A stretch of 64,000 nucleotides of DNA from Xylographa opegraphella (Eukaryota): the NCBI GenBank assembly GCA_022813865.1, contig JALDZX010000016.1:310001-374000 (forward strand), given 5' to 3'. The notes beneath the pieces are model-generated. The model had not been told where the DNA came from and searched no databases. It was given only the letters and a program-made list of their open reading frames with translations. Made by a program: the position numbers and the translations under genes. Below, piece after piece: positions 43,942 to 53,381 of this stretch; the first letter of the stretch is position 1; every line of letters begins with the position of its first letter.

Positions 43942-46151
43942 TCACAGCTCCCCATGCCTCACGCCCTCAGCCTTCGCCTTGGCAGCCGCAGTCGCGCGCT
44001 CGACCTTCTCGCCCACGACGGAGGTCACGCTGTCGATTTTCTGGCCGACCCGCTCACCCAGATGGTCCGCCGGGGCGGTGTTGCCGGCCGCGGTGGCGGA
44101 GAGGCTGGACGCAGCGGAGGAGGCGCTGTCGGTGGCGGTGGAGACGGCGCTGGAAGCGGCGGAAGCGACGCTCGAGGCTGCGGAGCTGGCTGCGGATGGG
44201 GCGCTCGAGGCGGACTCGCTGGCGACGGAGGTGGCGCTTGAAGCGGACTCGGCCACGACGGAGGTCACGCTTCCGGCTTTCTCGGCGACGGCGGAGCTGG
44301 CTGTTGAGATGTTGGCACCCACGACGGAGGATACGCTGGAGGCTTTTTTGCTGGCTGCGGACGCAGCGCTTGCAGCAGATTCGGCGATGATGGAGGTAGC
44401 ACTGGCGATGGTTTCGCCGACGCTTTCGGTTGCGCTTGCGGCGGTTTGGCCGGCTTGGGATTTGACGCTTTGAACTTTGTCGGCAGCGTTCTGGGCTGCT
44501 TCACTGGCCATGTTGGTGGCTTCTGCTGCTTGGTCTTTTACTTTGTCTGTCATGCTACTGGCGGTCTCCGCGGCTTTCGAAGTGACACTCTCCACCGTCT
44601 CGCCCACGACAGACGTCGCGCTCTTTGCTGACTCGGTCATATCTTCTGTGCTGACCAGGCCTTCCGGCAGTTTCTCTTTCTTGCCCTCTCCTAGTCTCAT
44701 AGCATCAATCCAATCCTCGACTGCGTTCTTGCCGAAGCCTTTGTGGGCATCGTAGCCTCGCCACCACCATCTTCGTCCATTGACGGCGACTAATTGGATT
44801 CCTTCCTCGAGTCCTAACCCTTCCCTCAAAACCGTGTTGCCCTCGTTGGTTGATGAGACTGCAAAAAATGGGAAGAGATGCGAGCCACGGGCTTTGTGTT
44901 TCTCACTTATACTGCTTAAGGAGGCCATAGCGGAAGCGGCAGACTCGGGAAGCTGGTTGGCGTCATCGTTCATTGGGTTAGCCGGAAGAAGTGCAAGGAT
45001 GCAGGTTGGGGTCTTGGGACCCAGGCAATGTGCGCGAAGTTCTGCTTGCGTTGAGAGAGTCTGTAGTGGAGGTGCAACGTCTGGCACTGCGACCGGAACA
45101 GGCGCGTCTTCATCGGTAGCGATAGGATCGGGTGAAGGTGTCGCTCCATTCGGTTCTTCGACGGTGATTGTCGTAGCTGACGCCGCGGCAGCCGAGCCTT
45201 CAGATGCTTTATGAGCAGCGGACGCGGCAGAGAACGTTGAGGAGTCAGAGGATGCCTTATCCTTCGCTATGGGCTTTTGCTTGCTCGCTTTCGAGTCTTG
45301 GAAGCCTGTACCAATAGAAGCGTACTGAGAAAGGAACTCTGCCATAGGCGTTTTGGCCATCTCGCCGGAGTATGTCACAGCGGGAGCCGTGCCACCTGGG
45401 AGGACGATGAGGGTGGGATATTTGGTTATACCAAAGGTGGAGACGGCGGTTGTATCCTTGTCCCTAATTTGCGCGAAGTGCATATTACCATAGAACTCTC
45501 CTGCGAGAACCTTGATAGTAGCACTTGTCGTTCCCTTGTTGCTGAACAGGATGGCTTTGGCTGTTGAATTATCATCGTCAAGCCATTTGTCGAGTTCCTT
45601 GTCCGAGACCCGTGTAACATGATTAGGTATTATGTCTTTCACAGCTTCAACGATTCCTGCAACTGTTCTAGCTCCTTTGTAGTCCACCCGGATCGACTTC
45701 CCCTTCTTCAGCGTAGGCCGGACAGTTTTAAGCGTTGGGAAGCCTTTGATTCCCATACTACCGCAGAATGCCTTGTTCTCTTCATCGTCACAGTTGACAG
45801 CCGCAACGTTGGCCAGACCCTCAAGACTTTTGGCCGCTTTCTCATAGGCTGGCTTCAGGTTCTTGCAGTGCCCACACCAAGGTGCGTAGAACCTACAAGG
45901 TGGTCAGCACTGGGGCACCCATTGGCATGGTAGGGACCTACTCTACTATCTTCAAGAGTTATTAGCGCAATCCTTAAATGCTAGTAAAGAGTTCAACGTA
46001 CTGAAGCTTTATTAGAGTTCGTGATGAGCTTGTCAAAGTTCTTAGCATCCACCTGAAGGACGGAAGAGCCTTTGGAGTAAATGCTCTCAGCGTTCACTGA
46101 TGATAAAGCAATTAGAGCAGCAAAAGCTGCAAATGTCACGGGGTGATGCAT
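43942..46151 (-). CDS. ER protein disulfide isomerase-related protein (MPD1/PrpA-like) with an 11-mer repeat tail ending HGEL
   Basis: Signal peptide MHHPVTFAAFAALIALSSVNA, IVE/FYAPWCGHCKNLKPAYEKAAKSLEGLANVAAVNCD, GIKGFPTLK; 8-nt microexon 45949-45942; C-terminal HGEL*. Confidence 0.9.
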
Positions 46152-46516
46152 GTTACTCTGGAGCGAAGAGTTGAGAAACAGAAGAAAGAGCGAAGACAAT
46201 GACACCTCTGTTCATATCATCCTGAAATCTGGCCAGATCTGGAGCTTCGCCGCCCTATCCATCCATGCATGGCAATTGCGGGGGCTAGTGCGCTGAGGAC
46301 CACCTCGAGCTCCCCAACCCCTGTTCCGTTGGCATCACGTCACCTGGTCACTGACTACCTTATGGGGTTTATGGAGTATTCTAGACTAGAGTTAAAACAG
46401 TGCTTGTGATTAGGCTGTGGGATTTTTTTACTATTGAAACTGCATCTGCTTTTCGCGCTTGGGATTTGCGCGTTCTGTACTGTAAAATTGCTTCTGGTCT
46501 CTACGGATTTACAGTT

Positions 46517-48053
46517 ATGGTAACGGTTGTTCCGGCAGCGTTGAAGTCTACGGACATCACACGCTTTGCGATACGAGCTGCGCAGGTTGAGAAGGCGAAA
46601 CCTCCCATAGCTTATTGGTGTTAGTTTGTGCTACCCACCAAGGGCTTCATCGTGGCTAAGTAGCTTAGGCAACTACTGGATTGTCAATCAGATACTTGCC
46701 AAAGGGTTGCACACCAGCGACGATGAAAGCACAACCTACACGATGGGGCTCATGGACAAACTCGAACAGGTTTGACTGAAAGCCTTCAGTGACGTTGAGC
46801 CACTGACCATTTTCAGATGAAGGCAGAACATTCACAAGATGATGCAATAGTGGATGATGTTGCCGGGCAGGCATATGTTGAACAGTTCGGTCTCGAGACT
46901 TTCCAAAGAGGCCATAATGCTATGAGCCAAAACAAAGTGACAAAGTACGACAAACTTAGTGACTTGCAACGAAGTGTCCTAACAAAATCGCAGACAGACG
47001 GCTGACACATTTCACGCCGCCGCAACTTTCCTCGAACTTGATCATATTTGGGGTCCTTTGGATCCTGATATAGCTGCCAAAATTAAGTACGCTAAGTTCC
47101 ATGCGCTGCGAATAGCGAAAGCTTTCAAGGCTGGCGAAGATCCAAATCTCTCCAATCCCGCACCTGAATCGCCCAGCAATGAACCTCAGCCCCTGGATCC
47201 CAATGACCCCGATGTCCAGGCACTAAACGGGCAGGGTTCCACTATAAATGAGCATGCCAAGCTTCAGCCATTTGTCGAAGAGATCCCGGACGAGCATCAT
47301 AGATTGCAGTCCAGAATAGCACGGGCTTCCTCATTGGATCAGTCGCTACATCCCTCCAGAGCAGCATCGCTTCCACGAACATCAAGTCGAGATCTTCTTC
47401 CACCAAATGAAGCTCCCTCTCCTCAAACTTCGAACCCCGAGAATTTTTATCAAGGTGGACCCAATGAAGAAGTCTCTCCTCTCGCTCCTTCCACTACAGA
47501 TAGAGGAACCTCGGAAGGCGGAGGATACTTTCCTATGGTTCCCCAGGAGTACTCTGATAGCAACCGTCCCGTGCTACCTGGAGCCCCTTTCATAGAACCA
47601 GATACCTCTAATGAATATCACACTTTGAAGTCGCCTTCACTGCAGTCACAAGCTCCCAACGACTTCGAGATACATTCGACAAGCTTTTCTCAAGAATTTC
47701 CGAGCCACCCAGACCAAGTTTTCCAACATATCCAACCATCCTCATCGCAGTTCAGTCCTTCCATTTCACAGACTCCTATACATCCGGCAGACCCTCCGCC
47801 GCCACCCAACTTTAGAACCCACGTGCCACACCAGCACGCGCAAGGCCCACCGTCTGTCCATACATCACAAAGACAACCTATCTCGCAGTATACGTCGCAA
47901 CCTGTGGTTCAACATTCGTATTCTACAGATGAAGAAGCCGTCATGAAAGCCCAGAAACATGCGCGGTGGGCGATATCGGCGCTCAACTTTGAAGATGTAA
48001 ACACTGCGGTGAAGGAACTAAGGGGTGCATTGGAGTCCTTGGGGGCAGCGTGA
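46517..48053 (+). CDS. VTA1: Vta1 (ESCRT / Vps4 cofactor); 4 exons
   Basis: N-terminal MIT-type region (KPPIAYW/CNYWIVNQIL; KIKYAKFHALRIAKA) and C-terminal VSL AQKHARWAISALNFEDVNTAVKELRGAL; three GT-AG introns restore the frame. Confidence 0.93.
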
Positions 48054-48504
48054 AGGGGTCATGGTAGTATCAGGTGTGATTTCATTGTACTCTACTTCAA
48101 GATACCCATAATTCAGTATGTTTTGACGTCATCGCATTGCCTGCTGTAACAGCTGAGCTCGTTGGAAGTTGCAGAAGGTGTATAAATGGCAGTTCATGAT
48201 AGCTACACTGTCGCGGAAAATCCTTTACAGAACCATCTCTTTAAACCATCACAAGCATAGAAGCATAATATGTGAATATTAAACGTGTTTGGATATGGAA
48301 ATACAAACTTCTTCTTTGTTCATCTTTAACAGCAAGATAATTCCAGCAGTGTCCTTTTATTAGTAAAGGCTATCTCTATTTTGGTATACCGGAACTTTCG
48401 CCACTGCAAGCATTGATTTGGACCGGTCTTTGAGTGGTGAATGAGCCTTTTTGCAAACAACAGAGGGTATGAGTTAACAAGAAGCGGCAGTAGTATACAA
48501 AACA

Positions 48505-48631
48505 CAGAGGTTGGCTCACTGGGAGCACACACGACCTTAATCCTGGATGACCATAGAATACCTCGGTTGGCTATCGGTCGTTCAGGGGTAACGGTTCGTG
48601 ATTAGCCAGGGTTCGACTCCCCGACCTCTGC
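48505..48631 (+). ncRNA. tRNA-like Pol III gene (atypical tRNA, pseudo-tRNA or tRNA mimic) with a 54-nt hairpin insertion; anticodon position reads TTA
   Basis: Acceptor stem CAGAGGT/ACCTCTG, A-box-like TGGCTCACTGG (48512-48522), anticodon stem CACGA/TCGTG, B box GGTTCGACTCC (48610-48620), T8 run downstream. Confidence 0.65.
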
Positions 48632-48642
48632 ATAACATAACC

Positions 48643-48650
48643 TTTTTTTT
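48643..48650 (+). terminator. Oligo-T Pol III terminator
   Basis: T8 starting 12 nt after the tRNA-like 3' end, followed by a further T5. Confidence 0.6.
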
Positions 48651-49088
48651 CGTTTTTCATTTTCTGATCCACTGAGTTGTCATACTTAGATATCTAGTTC
48701 TCTTTTTGTACGGACTCAGAAGCGAGGATAGAGCTGGTGGGAGTAGTTTCTCAGGGGCATATGCATTATGGACATTTGTCACCAGACCCTGGTCATCTGT
48801 CGAAGGTGAGTTCATGGTACAAGCGTTCGGTAATAGACAATTTAGAGCTTGGGCTGGGCCTCGGTCACCTCGCTTACATAGCCGCGAGATCACAAGATCT
48901 TTGTACCTTCTCGATTCACGTCTTACGACTCTACGTCAACTTGGACCACTTCACCCACAGCTAGACCCATACAAGGCTGTGTCTATCAATCTCATCTGTG
49001 TTCGGATGACAAGTAGGCCTTTTACGGTGAGAAGAGAGCTGGCTTGACAGGGTCAATATTTGCTACGTAAGTAGCAAAGCACATTAGG

Positions 49089-50402
49089 ATGACCAGCTTT
49101 TCACCAACAGTTGATGCTACAGATGGCAAGGTATCAAGCATAATAACAGCACCCCAGAATCTCTACAAACCAGATTTGCCGAGACAACACGATAAAACCT
49201 CAACTGAGACAATGTCTCATGATCCACTTCTTGCAAGAATTGCTGCTGTCAAGAAGAACTCGAGTGTCCGACCAGCATATCTTGATTATAGGCCAAAACC
49301 CTTCCCTGGCACAGACTCAAGCAGCCACCGGGACCGGACTCACCTGGACAAATTAAAATTCGAAATCTTGGATGATCCACTCGCAGTAGAGCCACGTCTC
49401 CAATTTGGCCGAGATCTCGGAGTACATGTTTCCGTACCAAAGATCCTGAGAAGCACAAGGTCAAAAAGATCGCTTGATCTTGCTCAAAGTCTTCACGGTA
49501 GAAGGAGAGGAACTGTCACAGGAAGTCCTCAAGCTACAACGAAGAAGCAGAAGCCACCTGCTACAAGTGCCAAAGAGCCCTTAATCAACTCACCTCTTGA
49601 TACAAGAAATACCTCGGTCACCAGACTGTCAGTTACAAATCCTTCTTCAACAGCGGCCAACAATGCGTATCTAGGGTATTCAGTATCACATGGTACGAAG
49701 CGTCAGGATACTCCTGAAGCTATCAATAATTTCAGAAAACGTGCAAGGCTGGATCCCAATCTCACAGCTACTTCAACCCCACAGATTGCTCCACCTGTTA
49801 CACAGTGGAACAATATTGCAAGGAACGCAAGGAGAGCATCTGACGGCGCACCGGGGTTCTTCATACCTTCCATGACTGGCAATGGAAGGCCGCGCCCCAA
49901 TGGACGCCTGGCTACGACTGGATCTGTACACCATGACGACACCATCATTACGATCGATGACAATTCTGACAGCGCTGAAGTCACTGATCATTTATCTCAA
50001 ATTACTGGCCCGAATGCTCCAAGTAGCACCAAGTTTGAGGCTAAAGTGACGATAAAAGCGCAACGACTCTCAAGCGAAATCATGAGCAAGACGACTCTTC
50101 TGGTCACAGCGACCAATCTGCACGACATGGCCCCCGTTACGGTCAAGTTGTCGTGCTTCAAGGGTTTCCGCAGTTTCCTGGATTTCCTCGCAGACGAGTG
50201 TGTGCTTGGAGACCTTTCCAAGAAAGTCACCGATGTGAGTGCCACATACACCTGGAACGGGCGAAAACATAGGTTCCGGAAAGAGAGGTTAGATGTGGAT
50301 TGGCTAGCATTCTGTAAGGTACTGAGAGACGCCTTTCAGACGAACCCGACACTCACCAAACAGGGCTCTGAAGTGGAAATGCTTCTGCATGTTGCAGTAT
50401 AG
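49089..50402 (+). CDS. Hypothetical protein (437-aa ORF; disordered N-part, globular-looking C-terminal ~110 aa); 5' structure uncertain
   Basis: Long ORF in moderate-GC sequence with no long antisense shadow; possible upstream splice sites at 48807-49122; no family recognised. Confidence 0.65.
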   Translation: MTSFSPTVDATDGKVSSIITAPQNLYKPDLPRQHDKTSTETMSHDPLLARIAAVKKNSSVRPAYLDYRPKPFPGTDSSSHRDRTHLDKLKFEILDDPLAVEPRLQFGRDLGVHVSVPKILRSTRSKRSLDLAQSLHGRRRGTVTGSPQATTKKQKPPATSAKEPLINSPLDTRNTSVTRLSVTNPSSTAANNAYLGYSVSHGTKRQDTPEAINNFRKRARLDPNLTATSTPQIAPPVTQWNNIARNARRASDGAPGFFIPSMTGNGRPRPNGRLATTGSVHHDDTIITIDDNSDSAEVTDHLSQITGPNAPSSTKFEAKVTIKAQRLSSEIMSKTTLLVTATNLHDMAPVTVKLSCFKGFRSFLDFLADECVLGDLSKKVTDVSATYTWNGRKHRFRKERLDVDWLAFCKVLRDAFQTNPTLTKQGSEVEMLLHVAV

Positions 50403-53015
50403 ACAGGGCAATGACTTTGAACGAGGTATCGACCGTTACGAAACCGAGGCAACATATCAAGGATCTATATCAGACGAAGTTCTAGAGAAAGAAACAGTTG
50501 TGGAGTGGACAGAAGCTTGGCTAGATCGCCTGTTGAAATCGCTATTTACCCTTGTCGAGAAATTTTGTAGAGCTTCCGTACTTCTGTCTACAGACACTGG
50601 CCTTGCACTTCTCACGGCCGCCACGAACCTTCTGTGTCTTCAATGCGGACAGAAACAATCTGGCCGGGAACCACCAGATTATTTCTCCAACGTTTCTTGT
50701 GAGTCCCTTTAATTTAACGTTCATGGTGACTAATAGAATCTCGATATTGCTTGAGCACCGCCTAAGCTTTCGATATGTCTCAGCTGCGCACCGCCATCGC
50801 AGACCCACATTTCAATGCTATTCTTCAATCTTCATGCACGTCGCTATCTACCTCGCTCTCGCCCCACGGGTTCTTCCAAGAGCGCCACATACAGTCCCCT
50901 CCCGCCTCGGCACAGCCTGCCCACCTCCCCTCTTCATCCTCATCATTTCCCAACCGCGTCTCAACCCCATACACTCGTATACACGGAAGCTTACAAGCCC
51001 ATTTGCTGTCAACCAGCTCTGCTACATTACACAGAAACAACAAGCTCATTGTCCCGAGCTGAGCATTGAAGTGAGATTACGATCCAACAGTGGGGTCACT
51101 GAAAGCCGAGCAGATCGTTTCGTAATTCCCAATTAGTGACCGCGCGAGGGTCTGGGTGGTCTCTTGGGTGCCTGAGGCGAGTGGCAGGGCCAATTTACAA
51201 GAAGTCGTCTAGCAATACTATGGTCAGCGATCGAAGACAGATGCGATATAACAGCAGACGGTGATTCCTATTTGTCGGGGTTCGGCTTCTGAGAAAGCCG
51301 CAGCCTTGCTGAGGTACCGCGACGCAGCGCCAGGATGCAACCACTTTACATTCGTCGACTTCGGTCCTCCTATCTCGACTTTATCGGCTCGCACGACATT
51401 GCTTGATATCTCTCAACATTGTCTTCGTCAGACTGAAACAAGGACATGAGTGGTTTTAATGAGGAGAGCACTGGTGAATAGTGGAGCCGTAGTCATGCTC
51501 TATGTACAGCCGTGCTGAGTCACACGATCTTAATGATAACAAGCAAAACAATGGAGCATGCTGAGAAGGTCATCGGTACTTGGATCCAGAAAGACTCTTA
51601 TGAAGTGCCTCTGGCATTGCTGTGAGGGATTTGTTACAGGATGCTATGATAGGCCTAATGTTTCCAATCTTCGTTGTCGAGGCTCTGAATAGTGATAGTG
51701 AATAGGATTACTGGAGGCTCATTGGTTGCTTACAAAAGCAAGAAGACGATTGGAGGATTCTGGCGTTGTCAGCGTTGGATCTCAAACAAGTTTCAGCCTT
51801 GTTGGCAGCAGGAGCCGGTGACATCATCGACAATGATCCCAGAGCGTGAGAACGTGCAGCAATATTCACGCCGGCTCCCAAACAATGAGCATCAGATATT
51901 GCTTGGATGTGTAGCAGATACAATCACTATGGCATCGGACTTTTCAAGTGCTGATCGGAATGACGAGATCCCGATTGTCATGCTTCCGACGGTGGTCCAT
52001 GTTTCATGCACGGTATTCGCGCCCGTTTCGTGGCTCCCATTCCCAGGCCTCTGGAACGGCTCAGACGATGTGATACTACGCGCTTGTTCAGCTTCTTGCT
52101 TTCTTGAGCAGATGCTGCTGTGCTCCTATACGACTAGCCGTGCGCGATGATTCCGTCATGAGGAAGTTATCCATATCGACCGTCATTTTGCAACCACGGT
52201 GTGCTCCAGCCCTGGCGTGTTGGGCAATGCGACCCTATCAAAGCACACCTTCACTTCCCCCCTTCATGCAACTGCTGCAGCTCCCACCGGGAGGAGACTG
52301 CGCTCTCGATGTGCTTCGCTCCATCACGCTGCAGAGCACGGTTGCGGCATGAGAAAGAATGTGCTGGGTGAGCTCGCCGTTCGAGCTGCAGCAGCCATTC
52401 CTCGAGCGTGCAGCGTGCAGTGTGCAGTAGGCTCGCGACGACGAGTTCACTGAGAGGAGTGCATGCCGAGTCACACCACAGCATGCATCGACCGTCGCCG
52501 TCGTGCCTATCAGCGCCAGTGTGCCAACCTGGACGCTTGACCCTGCTCCATGAGGGTTCTCGCCCCAACGCTGTATCAGCAGCTGGTTGGCGCTTAGAAG
52601 CTGCTCGGTCGCGTTGATTCGCCAGAGCGCTGCAACACCAACGAAACCCTGTTCCCCTCCTCCGTCGGCCCCATTCACACCTCGTTCCTCTATAATATAG
52701 GCGCTCGTACTTCATCAACGGTCTGCTGCTCGCTCTCGTCGTCGGTTTGATCAGTCGCTGTCCAGCCCAATTGTGCTTTACGTTTCGTGTCTCAATTGTC
52801 CTTGATTGGCTGGCCCAATTCCTTCCACCTACTACCGTCCTCAAAGTTTGCCTTGCTCGCGCTGCCGTTAATTTATATATTGTTCATCGACCTCTGTTGA
52901 TCAGAATTGCCCAGCGTTATACAGTTTCCACGCTTGTCACTTGTGTGCAAATTTCACCAACACATCCGAGATCAACTCCCATTACAAATCAGCAAAACAG
53001 CACAACACCATCAAA

Positions 53016-53381
53016 ATGCTCCGCGCCGCAAAGCCCAAGCTTTCCCTCGCGGTGCCGACCGTTGCCGCCAGTCATGGCGCCCCGAAGTCACCTTTCCCGC
53101 TCCCCATCTCTCCGTCGCCCATCAGCAGTCCCACTGCCCGCAACACGGCGCTCAACCAACGCGGGTTCTCAACCGTGCAACAACCTACATTCGCCTACGC
53201 ACAGTCGTCAGCCATGAAGAGCATATTGAAGAGAGACCAAACAAGCAGCAACAGTGGTAGCAAACGAATCCAGTTTACCGAGAAACCCACGATCAACCCG
53301 GTGTCGCCGATGCCTCCAGGGTACCACGGAGAGTACATCAAAATGAGCCGGGACGAGCGACGCTGGGGACGACCATCCTAG
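53016..53381 (+). CDS. Small basic protein (121 aa) with SILK and RVxF-type PP1-docking motifs
   Basis: Good start context (TCAAAATG) after a CA-rich leader, C-biased codons; MLRAAKPKLSLAVP...KSILKR...KRIQF...ERRWGRPS*. Confidence 0.7.
   Translation: MLRAAKPKLSLAVPTVAASHGAPKSPFPLPISPSPISSPTARNTALNQRGFSTVQQPTFAYAQSSAMKSILKRDQTSSNSGSKRIQFTEKPTINPVSPMPPGYHGEYIKMSRDERRWGRPS

Noticed and set aside
48504..48632. Selenocysteine tRNA interpretation
   Set aside because: No TCA anticodon, no 6-bp D stem or long variable arm, and Sec machinery is not known in Dikarya.
49051..49088. In-frame TAA upstream of ORF 49089 as a readthrough target of the TTA element
   Set aside because: Any ORF has an upstream stop; this TAA is part of a GTAAGT splice-donor-like motif and no coherent upstream exon chain could be built.
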